A stretch of 20,000 nt of DNA from an uncultured virus (IMG/VR IMGVR_UViG_3300037088_000332) (Duplodnaviria; Heunggongvirae; Uroviricota; Caudoviricetes), in the IMG/VR virus record IMGVR_UViG_3300037088_000332; one strand, given 5' to 3'. The position numbers and the translations under genes are program-made. A model generated the notes under the pieces. It did not search any database, was not told the DNA's origin, and saw only the letters and a program-made list of their open reading frames with translations. This document shows positions 7,489 to 15,027 of this stretch, piece after piece; position 1 is the stretch's first letter; every line of letters starts with the position of its first letter.

Positions 7489-8137
7489 TTTCTTCCCCCT
7501 CCTCATCCAATACTGAGAATCCCGAGCTTTCCCACGGCTGCCCCCGAACCTTATCCTTCCATTCTTGCCAGGCTGGCATCTTGGCGTTCATCTTCTGGAT
7601 GACCTGCTCAATAGATACCGGGCGGAAGTCCCAAGCATCCACGCCCACATCAAACGACAGGTAATGGGGAATCTCGGGGAGATTGCTGTGCGAGTGCCCG
7701 TAGAGCTGCCAACTGGAATACCCCATGTTGCGCCAAGTGCGCATAGCATAGTGGCAGAGGGTAATCATCTTATTCTGCTTGTCGTCGAACCACGGCTGAC
7801 CGACCTTTATCTCCTCGTAGGGGCGGAACCAGACGAACGCCCCCTTCTTGGCCATATTCCTGGCGATGTTGTCGTGATTGCCGTGGATGAAGTAGTGGTT
7901 CCCGTTGTAGCGCTTCTGGATGGTCAATGCTTGGTCAAGCGACAGCTTGAGGTAGCCGTCTCCGAGGTTGTAGACAAGGTCCCCCGGCTTGACCACGGCG
8001 TTGTGGCGCTCAATCATCGTCTCGGTCATCTCCTCCACTGAAGCGAACGGGCGCTTCTTTTCCCGTACAAGAAAAGTGTGCCCATGGTGATAGTCAGCAG
8101 TGAAGAATAGATTAGGATAGTTTTTAAGGATGGTCAT
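7472..8137 (-). CDS. Calcineurin-like metallophosphoesterase, 221 aa
   Basis: FTADYHHGH, NLGD, IHGNHD, LCHY, LYGHSH, FDVGVD motifs. Confidence 0.92.
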   Translation of the reverse strand: MTILKNYPNLFFTADYHHGHTFLVREKKRPFASVEEMTETMIERHNAVVKPGDLVYNLGDGYLKLSLDQALTIQKRYNGNHYFIHGNHDNIARNMAKKGAFVWFRPYEEIKVGQPWFDDKQNKMITLCHYAMRTWRNMGYSSWQLYGHSHSNLPEIPHYLSFDVGVDAWDFRPVSIEQVIQKMNAKMPAWQEWKDKVRGQPWESSGFSVLDEEGEENANTV

Positions 8138-8544
8138 TTTATACCTATAGATACCAAATTATTTAGGCGTTTTAGGCGTTTGTGGTGTTTCTCATCAAAT
8201 ACACACAGACCCTCACCTTGGGTGGGAGTAAAGTTACGACAGGTCCAAGGTCGGTCTTTATAGATTGAGCATCTGCCGTCTTTTAGTTTAGAGCATCGAA
8301 ATGACCAATACCCGTAACGCTTACCTGTCTCCTCGTCAACCCAAACACTCCTGCTTTCCGCATTGAAGCGGATGGGGTGGAAGTGGTTAATCCCAATTCT
8401 CTTCATAACGTCTTCGAGGGTGTCATCCTCCCAGTGAGTTTGTACTATGGTAAAGTTATCGCAACACGACCCTGGCTTGGGGCATATGGTGCACAGAGAC
8501 ATCTGTGGAACGTTTTCCTTTAGGATGATGAATTCATCCCCCAT
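8134..8544 (-). CDS. YkgJ-like Cys-cluster (Fe-S/Zn) protein, ~136 aa
   Basis: CTICPKPGSCC...CSKLKDGRCSIYKDRPWTCRNF. Start at 8544 by TGATG overlap; 8577 is an alternative. Confidence 0.85.
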   Translation of the reverse strand: MGDEFIILKENVPQMSLCTICPKPGSCCDNFTIVQTHWEDDTLEDVMKRIGINHFHPIRFNAESRSVWVDEETGKRYGYWSFRCSKLKDGRCSIYKDRPWTCRNFTPTQGEGLCVFDEKHHKRLKRLNNLVSIGIK

Positions 8545-8831
8545 CAGATTTCCCTTCCTCCGGTTGAAGGCGGCCATAGCGGAGGCTGTGGTAAATGAGG
8601 AGGTGAGGAAGGAAGTGCCAAGATGAAGAGTCTAAGCGTCTCATCCAATAGTTCTCGGCATTCCTCTGTGGAGTGGTCGTTCTCCAGCCTCCATGCCCGA
8701 AGATAGACAAGCTCGGCGTGCTCCGCTTCCGCCTCCATCAGGTGCTGGCATTGGGTTATCTGATATGACGCCGTACCAAGCATTATCACGAAAACTATCC
8801 CGAGAGTTTCGACCCAGCGCACGAGGGTCAT
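8544..8831 (-). CDS. Hypothetical protein with N-terminal transmembrane segment, 95 aa
   Basis: Start revised to 8831 (ATGA overlap); hydrophobic LGIVFVIMLGTASY; Pro-rich tail. Confidence 0.6.
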   Translation of the reverse strand: MTLVRWVETLGIVFVIMLGTASYQITQCQHLMEAEAEHAELVYLRAWRLENDHSTEECRELLDETLRLFILALPSSPPHLPQPPLWPPSTGGREI

Positions 8832-9295
8832 AAGTTCAGTTCTTCCATTTCCCTGACGATGCTGTCTATCTCCCGGTAGGCATCGCTGAATGTCGGGACG
8901 AGAGCGTCCGCATGGGCCAAGAGCCAAGGGCTTGGGCACTTGTTGTCGCAGACCACGATAACCCGCTTGTCAAGGTCGTGGGCGTATAGTATCTCCATTG
9001 CTGTTCCCCATGATGGAACCGGGGCATAGACAAGGAGGATGTCGGACCTGGCTATGGCCATCTTGTCCCGCTTGATTATCCACTCGGCGGCAGCCTTGAC
9101 GCTCATGTCCGGGCGGTATTCAATCCTAGTGGGGATAATGAACCCTATCTCGGGTCTTCCACACCCTTGCCCCCCAAAAAGATAAGGAACTCCGTCCTCA
9201 CGGCAGCCATGGTGCTTGCAGACCTCATGTCTCCATCCGAAGGCTTGCTCATCGGTCAGCCCCTTGATTCCCCCGGATAAATAGATTGTAACCAT
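8828..9295 (-). CDS. Nucleoside 2-deoxyribosyltransferase-like / N-glycosidase fold protein, 155 aa
   Basis: IYLSGGI...RDKMAIARSDILLV...SWGTAMEILYA, carrying the catalytic Glu motif GTxxE; AGGAG RBS. Confidence 0.85.
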   Translation of the reverse strand: MVTIYLSGGIKGLTDEQAFGWRHEVCKHHGCREDGVPYLFGGQGCGRPEIGFIIPTRIEYRPDMSVKAAAEWIIKRDKMAIARSDILLVYAPVPSWGTAMEILYAHDLDKRVIVVCDNKCPSPWLLAHADALVPTFSDAYREIDSIVREMEELNL

Positions 9296-9310
9296 TTGGT
9301 CTCCTACTCC

Positions 9311-10351
9311 TTATATCCCACAAAGTTCTTTGGCAAGCGCCAATAAAGAAGGGTCGTCCGGGCATAACAATCTGAGCGCCTCGGCGGGGTCGGATGTCTC
9401 CACCCCATCCACAGCCTCGTCCATCTTGGAGAAGAACTGCTTCATTTCCTCGGATTTCTCCACTTTTCGCACTGCTTGGTCGGCGACCACGAATGCTTGT
9501 TCTAGTGGCTTTATGGGGATAGGTATCTCCTTAACCTTGACCTCCCCTTCCTCGGGGAAGGATAGGACGGATACGCACACCGGTCGGTCTACCTGGTCGG
9601 TGTCTAGTGCCGCCCGAGCGAGCGAGCCGAGGCGGATATGCGTCACGTTCCCGACCTTGACGGTCTCTTCCCGGCTGTGGTCGTGCCCCCAGAGCAGGTA
9701 GTCGAAGTCACTCTTGGCTACCTCATCGTAGCCGATGCTCTTCTCTCCGAAATAGGTTGAGCTGGGTCCCGGTCCGCCATAAGCGTGGACGATGCCCACA
9801 TGATACTTGGCGTTTGGATGGCGGCGGGAGGCAAGAATCCTTGCTAGCGTGCCCTCCGCCCGGTCGTAGGGAAAGGACTCCACCTGGACGCCAAGATATG
9901 TTGCTGAGGGACCGTCTAATGTTTTCGGTAAAGTTATCGGGGTATTGTAAAATATGACGGGCTCGCTGGTAAGGTCATGGTAAGCACCGGCTGCTATCAG
10001 GACGCCGAGCGGTTGACTAGGGAGAGAGTCCATCCGTTCACCTTGAGCTAGGTCATGGTTGCCCACGGAACCATATATCATCCCAGTGGGAAAAGTTCTG
10101 AGCAGCCTCAGTGTGGCCACCAATAGGGATAGGCTGTTCGCCGGGTGCTTGGCGGATTTGATGTGAAAAACATCCGCCCCGCATATACTCACCCCTCCTA
10201 TCTTGTGGGCTATATCCCTGACGAACGCTACCTTATCGAGTATCGCTGTTTGGTAGTCGTCAGCCCTGCGACCGGGGGGGATGGCGCTCAGATGCCAGTC
10301 CGTGGAAAAGACTAATCCAATTCTTTCGGTCTTTAGGTTTACTTGGAGCAT
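9311..10351 (-). CDS. Mre11/SbcD-like metallophosphoesterase (DNA repair exonuclease subunit), 346 aa
   Basis: STDWHL, GADVFH, VGNHDL, IVHAY, LWGHDH, LGSLAR motifs plus a C-terminal capping region. Confidence 0.88.
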   Translation of the reverse strand: MLQVNLKTERIGLVFSTDWHLSAIPPGRRADDYQTAILDKVAFVRDIAHKIGGVSICGADVFHIKSAKHPANSLSLLVATLRLLRTFPTGMIYGSVGNHDLAQGERMDSLPSQPLGVLIAAGAYHDLTSEPVIFYNTPITLPKTLDGPSATYLGVQVESFPYDRAEGTLARILASRRHPNAKYHVGIVHAYGGPGPSSTYFGEKSIGYDEVAKSDFDYLLWGHDHSREETVKVGNVTHIRLGSLARAALDTDQVDRPVCVSVLSFPEEGEVKVKEIPIPIKPLEQAFVVADQAVRKVEKSEEMKQFFSKMDEAVDGVETSDPAEALRLLCPDDPSLLALAKELCGI

Positions 10352-10381
10352 AGTGGTTATTACTGAAAAAACGAGAAAATT

Positions 10382-10864
10382 TTAATCCCCTAACTTATTA
10401 CCGTAGGTCTGGAAAGCAGCCACCTGCGCCTCACCGTCAGGGGTTCCGGCACAACCAGGAGACGCCTCCCAGCCCGAAGCCTTAAACTTTGCTTTAGGAA
10501 CCTGTGGAAAACTGAACTCAACCATTTCAAAGTTGGAACTATCCATCAGGTACTCAGTGTTTCCTGCTGGAACCTCCCCTCCCCGTGTTTGACCTCCCGC
10601 CACGTATAAGAGTAAGCGCTCCAATATCGGGATGATGGCGTTGCAGTTGGCATTCGTCGTTGAGGGGACATCAGGCTTCCACCTGTCAACTATCGCTCGA
10701 AGGTGGAACTCAACATCTTTGAGAAAGGGCTTCTTGTAACTGCCGTTGTAGTTGGTGCGATAGTCGTCGTAGGAGTGGAATGCCGTCTCCATCCGGGCGA
10801 CCATACCCTTGTGATAATCCAGATTGCTCTGGTCGTTAGTGCTCTTGAGTGTTATTTCAGACAT
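10382..10864 (-). CDS. Conserved phage hypothetical protein, possibly all-alpha NTP pyrophosphatase-like, 160 aa
   Basis: GMVARM...RLLLY...GNTEYLMDSSNFEMVEFSFP...SPG resembles a phage family recalled as GNTEYLxDxANFAMIEF. The function is inferred. Confidence 0.6.
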   Translation of the reverse strand: MSEITLKSTNDQSNLDYHKGMVARMETAFHSYDDYRTNYNGSYKKPFLKDVEFHLRAIVDRWKPDVPSTTNANCNAIIPILERLLLYVAGGQTRGGEVPAGNTEYLMDSSNFEMVEFSFPQVPKAKFKASGWEASPGCAGTPDGEAQVAAFQTYGNKLGD

Positions 10865-10870
10865 TTGCGG

Positions 10871-11100
10871 TTACTCCAATACGCCGGGTAGGTACTTCCT
10901 GAGGTTGGTGTATTCCGGCTCCATGTCCAGCGAGTGGATTATCTCTATCGCCGCCCCGTTGGCGATGCCGTCTATGGCGCAGTCGAGGACTGGCTGGTCC
11001 GCCCTCACCCAGCAGGCCTTCTCAACGGCACGGGCGGCACGGATGGCCGTGAGTACCTGCTGCTTTATCCAGACCTCTTGATCGGCATTGACCTTGGCTC
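10871..11100 (-). CDS. Hypothetical protein with uncertain or missing 5' end (…VNADQEVWIKQQ…LPGVLE)
   Basis: The C-terminal ~75 codons of ORF 10871..11293 look protein-like. The N-terminal part is an alternate frame of the methyltransferase remnant. Confidence 0.5.
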
Positions 11101-11150
11101 TCTGCGTGCAGCACCGCTGTTGACCGGCCGGGGAATCTCGCAGGTCGGCT

Positions 11151-11408
11151 CTATATCTTGTCTCTTGATTGTTTCGCAGTCCAGACGGGCTGGTCGTCAG
11201 GCCATCCGACGAGGCGGAGGGCATAGGACCACACCCCAAGTCCGGCGAACCAGTGGCACTGGGTAAACTCTTTGACATCTTCAGGACAGACATCGTTGAT
11301 GCTCCTTCCGTCTACCTCTCCGGGGACTATAACACCTTCCCTGATGAGTTCTCTAAGCCACTCGCAGGCGAAGGAGTTTACCTCGTTATAGTATGCCCAT
11401 TTTCGCAT
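11151..11408 (-). pseudogene. Truncated DNA cytosine-C5 methyltransferase (N-terminal fragment only)
   Basis: AYYNE...WLRELI...PGEVDGRSINDV...QCHWFAGLGVWSYALRLVGWPDDQPVWT matches phage C5-MTases (motif I FAGxG). The sequence diverges exactly where GSCPCQPFS (catalytic PC) is expected and stops 8 codons later. Confidence 0.85.
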
Positions 11409-11418
11409 TCTTCCTCAA

Positions 11419-11646
11419 TCATCTTCTGAAGACCTTGGTAACGCTGGCTATGGTGAGCCACAGCATTACTCCTGTCATGACCCCTTGCTCCCATGGTGGA
11501 TGGCGGTGGAAGGGGGCGTCGGGGCAAAACACCACAATCATCAGGGTGGTGACCCAGAACAGCGACAGGATGAAGAACAGCAGTCGGTTGTCGCCCATGA
11601 AAAGGAACACGAGCATTATCAGCGCGAAAAGAAAAAGGTTTCCCAT
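11419..11646 (-). CDS. Small membrane protein, 75 aa, about 3 TM segments
   Basis: Three hydrophobic stretches; GAGG RBS; abuts the upstream stop. Confidence 0.75.
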   Translation of the reverse strand: MGNLFLFALIMLVFLFMGDNRLLFFILSLFWVTTLMIVVFCPDAPFHRHPPWEQGVMTGVMLWLTIASVTKVFRR

Positions 11647-12078
11647 CTAGTCCTCTCTTTTGTAGAAGTTTTCGGAAGGTACTGGAATATGGGGCTTGCA
11701 GGCTATCTTGTGCTTGCGGTAAAGCTCTTCCCCCCATGCCTTGAATTCGACATCGTTGCGGAGCGTGTATATTGCCCCCGTGAAGAGGTTCTCTATCACA
11801 GTCTTGCTCCCCTCCACACCGTTATGCCTCGCCAAGTAGTAGGGGCACCCCGTCTTTTCCGCCATTGTCCGGGTATAACGGGTGGGCTTGTAGCCGTCCA
11901 TGTTCCTTGTCCATTCCACCAAGACTACCGGGAGGGCGCACTCGTCACAGATTATAAACGGGTCTACGTCAAAGGACCTCAATCCTTCACAGCCAGGCGA
12001 CCTCTCGTCGGGAAGGCGCATCTTCCGGGAAGCTTCCATATCCCGTTCATGGGTTCGTTCCACATTATTTGATGTCAT
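11647..12078 (-). CDS. Hypothetical protein, 143 aa
   Basis: GGAGGG RBS; operon-strand ORF. Confidence 0.75.
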   Translation of the reverse strand: MTSNNVERTHERDMEASRKMRLPDERSPGCEGLRSFDVDPFIICDECALPVVLVEWTRNMDGYKPTRYTRTMAEKTGCPYYLARHNGVEGSKTVIENLFTGAIYTLRNDVEFKAWGEELYRKHKIACKPHIPVPSENFYKRED

Positions 12079-12544
12079 TCTTACCCTCCTTCATTACATC
12101 TTCAAGGGTGCTGGCGATAACAGTGATGAATGAGCCGTGGTCCATCTCCCCGCCGCCGTCAGCGATGGCTCTTAGGGTCATGCCACACTCCGTGCAGACC
12201 CTCTTAACCCAGTCCACATGATGAACATGCTTTTCTTCCATCATTCCTTTTTCATCAGAAAGCACAGCCTTTACCACTGTACCGGGCTTTGGCGGAGTAT
12301 TTCGTCCCTCCCAGCCAAAGTTATGAATATGCCTGCGTGCCAAGGCATCCACAAGTTTCACAGGCCAAGCCACCTCTTCGGAGGGATTCCGTGTATGGAC
12401 GATGCTCTTGGCCTCGGTCTCCGTGTATTTCCCGGCAGCATCCAAGTCACAGGTATAGCCGCCCTTGTTGGGTCCCCAGAACAGGGCGCAATTTCCGATA
12501 AAGCGGGTGACATACTGGATATAGAAAAGTCCTTCTTCCATCAT
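12065..12544 (-). CDS. Hypothetical phage protein, 159 aa
   Basis: VGN-like FIGNCALFWGPNKGGYTCDLDAAGKYT segment; C-terminal CTECG; ATGA overlap. Confidence 0.75.
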   Translation of the reverse strand: MMEEGLFYIQYVTRFIGNCALFWGPNKGGYTCDLDAAGKYTETEAKSIVHTRNPSEEVAWPVKLVDALARRHIHNFGWEGRNTPPKPGTVVKAVLSDEKGMMEEKHVHHVDWVKRVCTECGMTLRAIADGGGEMDHGSFITVIASTLEDVMKEGKNDIK

Positions 12545-13002
12545 TTCCCCCTTGTCCGAACCAAGACATCGGCGTCGGACGGGCTTACCAGCCCTTGTAG
12601 GATGTCGATGGCTACGCCCACCAGCTTGGAGTGCAAACCCTGCCGGACGGCGTCGGCCGCCAGCTTGACCACAAGGCTCCGGGCCACCGATGAGCCTATC
12701 TCTCCGGAGAATACCTTCCAGTCATATGCCTTCTTGTTGGACAGGGAGTCCCTTCCCTTGATGATGACGCTCCTCTCCACCTGAACGGGAGTTCCCAGCA
12801 GGGATGAGGCTATGCTCATGTCATAGAGGCTGCGGACACACACCACGAAATCCCGGTTGGGGTGCGATTCCAGAAGCCTGACCTCCGCCTTGGAGCCTCT
12901 CCAGCCTATCCTTACGGGGTTGTCGGTGATATCGTTGAGGATAGGCTCAAGCTCCAGCAGGGTGGGACCGCTGAACCTCGGGTCAACCTCAACCTTTACC
13001 AT
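12541..13002 (-). CDS. Hypothetical protein, 153 aa (MVKVEVDPRF...)
   Basis: Start revised to 13002 (GAGG upstream; short overlap with the previous gene). Confidence 0.7.
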   Translation of the reverse strand: MVKVEVDPRFSGPTLLELEPILNDITDNPVRIGWRGSKAEVRLLESHPNRDFVVCVRSLYDMSIASSLLGTPVQVERSVIIKGRDSLSNKKAYDWKVFSGEIGSSVARSLVVKLAADAVRQGLHSKLVGVAIDILQGLVSPSDADVLVRTRGK

Positions 13003-13342
13003 CTTTTGCCTCGTTGACCAGCGGCAGCGCTCGGATAATACCGGCGTATTCCAAGGCTGCGTCCCGTATCTCGCATCCGCATTCCTTATGGTCTTCGGCG
13101 AGAAGCTCCAAGAGGTGGGCGGCTCTCTCTCGCATGTATCTGATGGGCTGTAGGGTGTCTTCCGGCACGAGGGTTGGCTTGGGAACCCGCCTGATGCAGA
13201 GCATACACCACGAGATAAAGAACCCGATGAAGGCAATGATTACTGACAGCCACGCCAGCCTCTTATGCCCTATCAATATGGAGAACCCCAGCATCCCTCC
13301 AAGGGATATCGGGACAAGGAATCTAAACCCCTTCAGGGTCAC
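12989..13342 (-). CDS. Hypothetical membrane protein, 117 aa, 2 TM
   Basis: GAGGAGGAG RBS, GTGA overlap, two hydrophobic segments. Confidence 0.75.
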   Translation of the reverse strand: MTLKGFRFLVPISLGGMLGFSILIGHKRLAWLSVIIAFIGFFISWCMLCIRRVPKPTLVPEDTLQPIRYMRERAAHLLELLAEDHKECGCEIRDAALEYAGIIRALPLVNEAKDGKG

Positions 13343-14172
13343 GTTATCTCCTCCTCATTGAGGTCACTGGGCACCGAGTGTGCTGGTCGAGGCGTCCCGG
13401 TCTTGAAGAACGTCCCCTTAATTTCCGTTGGAAGGGTACCGCCCCCCCTCACTTCAGGTTCCTCAAACTGGTCCAAAGCCTCTTCCTCAAGCAAGGACTT
13501 CGGCTCAAGTAGCCTGCCAGGAGGCTCCGTCGTTATATCGTTGCTCCCGTTGAACATCGGCATATGGCTAGTCCAGCTTGCATTAACTTGGTCCTTGCCC
13601 ATGGAGTACTTGTCCATCTGGGTGCGCTTGTGTTCCCTTATTTCCAGCTTCAGGAGCTTGATGGAGTTGAGCAGGCTGTCCATCGTGATGTTAAGGTCGT
13701 TTATTAACCGGGAGTATTCCGAGTCAGCAAGCTGCCTTATCTGCACGGCGGTGAGACGGAGTGGTTTATCAATGGCTATCCACTCACGGGTTTGTTCAAC
13801 CGCTAAGGCATACCAGACCCCGAACTCCCCGTGCAGGCGCTTGAGTCTCCCCAGAGCCTCACGGGCCTTGGACTCGAACTTGCTGACCTTGTGGGATACC
13901 CGGTCGCAGTCGTCCACGACCTTCTCCATCGACATGGTAAGCTGGATGCTGTACTGTGCTTCGCCCCCGGTCGGGACGGAAAGCTCAAGGTGCAGCTTCG
14001 GCAGGGCGTCTACCTCGGCGGCGAGGGAGGAGTAGAGGTCCTCGTAGGATATCTCCTTGCCGTCAGAATTGTAGGAGAGTTCTTGGAAGAGCTTTTGGAT
14101 GAAGGTCAGAACATGGGAGCCTGCTAGGAGTTTCTCCGCCTGGAAGGAGTCAAGTAGCGTGTTTTCAATCAT
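13339..14172 (-). CDS. Hypothetical coiled-coil protein, 277 aa (MIENTLLDSF...)
   Basis: Start revised to 14172 (ATGA overlap); long helical heptad-like region and acidic/Pro tail. Confidence 0.75.
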   Translation of the reverse strand: MIENTLLDSFQAEKLLAGSHVLTFIQKLFQELSYNSDGKEISYEDLYSSLAAEVDALPKLHLELSVPTGGEAQYSIQLTMSMEKVVDDCDRVSHKVSKFESKAREALGRLKRLHGEFGVWYALAVEQTREWIAIDKPLRLTAVQIRQLADSEYSRLINDLNITMDSLLNSIKLLKLEIREHKRTQMDKYSMGKDQVNASWTSHMPMFNGSNDITTEPPGRLLEPKSLLEEEALDQFEEPEVRGGGTLPTEIKGTFFKTGTPRPAHSVPSDLNEEEIT

Positions 14173-14522
14173 GATGCCGCCGTTCCGCCCGGCTGTTCTG
14201 GGGCACTGGGCTGGATTCCGATTCCATCTTGCCTCCTGAGGTATGCCTTGACCTTCTCCGTCTGTTTCATCGTGTTCTCTATCTTTTCTTTCAACGTCTG
14301 TCCGTTGATGATGCCTTGGGCAAACTTGGCGGCTAACAGGGACTTCCATGCCGCCAAAAACATATCAAGGCTGTCGTCCACCGCCTCGCCGATGTCTTTC
14401 AAGGGAATGCCACCGTCTTCATATTTACCACGTAGGTTTACAAACCGGCTCATCCCGTTCCCAAACTCCTTGTCGGCAACCTCAAGGCTTATAGTCACGG
14501 TCTGGATAACGAAATCACTCAT
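14169..14522 (-). CDS. Hypothetical protein, 117 aa (MSDFVIQTV...)
   Basis: Start revised to 14522, 5 nt after the upstream stop; AAGGT upstream. Confidence 0.75.
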   Translation of the reverse strand: MSDFVIQTVTISLEVADKEFGNGMSRFVNLRGKYEDGGIPLKDIGEAVDDSLDMFLAAWKSLLAAKFAQGIINGQTLKEKIENTMKQTEKVKAYLRRQDGIGIQPSAPEQPGGTAAS

Positions 14523-14527
14523 ATCTG

Positions 14528-14749
14528 TTACCTTTTCCTCTCTTCCCAATACCCCTCTCCCCAAGTCCAAGGATTGTACCAAACGCCGATACTAATCCAC
14601 TGTTCCCGACGAAGATTGAACGATGACAAAGGCTGTGAGCACTTAGGACAACTGGGGCACTCATCAACCACCCAAGTAGGGTTTTCAAGGTATGTTTGTT
14701 CATATTTTGAACCGCATGAGCATACCAAGTGGTGTTTGTAGAGGTTCAT
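14528..14749 (-). CDS. Small zinc-ribbon protein, 73 aa
   Basis: CSCG and CPKC; ATGA overlap at 14746-14749. Confidence 0.65.
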   Translation of the reverse strand: MNLYKHHLVCSCGSKYEQTYLENPTWVVDECPSCPKCSQPLSSFNLRREQWISIGVWYNPWTWGEGYWEERKR

Positions 14750-15027
14750 AACTTGTCCTTGTCCAAGAATCCGGGACATTCACACTTGTAGCTCAGACAC
14801 AGCACGGGTCTGGGGAGTTTTAAGATGTCCGGCATTCGGGTGGGTATATGCTGTACGAGGATATGCTCCTCTAAGTTATGGCCACACCCTATCCTGACAC
14901 ACCTCTTGTCCCTATGCCAGTTGTTATAAGTGACTAAACGCCCGTCAGGCTCTTGAAAAAGCTCCTCACGCTCCAGCGATACTTTGGCGGTCCACAGATT
15001 GACGAACAGAGTCCAAAAATTTTTCAC
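14746..15027 (-). CDS. Hypothetical Cys/His protein, 93 aa
   Basis: CVRIGCGHNLEEH...CLSYKCECPGF; GTGA overlap with the helicase stop. Confidence 0.7.
   Translation of the reverse strand: MKNFWTLFVNLWTAKVSLEREELFQEPDGRLVTYNNWHRDKRCVRIGCGHNLEEHILVQHIPTRMPDILKLPRPVLCLSYKCECPGFLDKDKL

Noticed and set aside
11101..11293. N-terminal half of ORF 10871..11293 as a real protein
   Set aside because: It is a Ser/Pro-rich alternate frame overlapping the clearly homologous MTase fragment.
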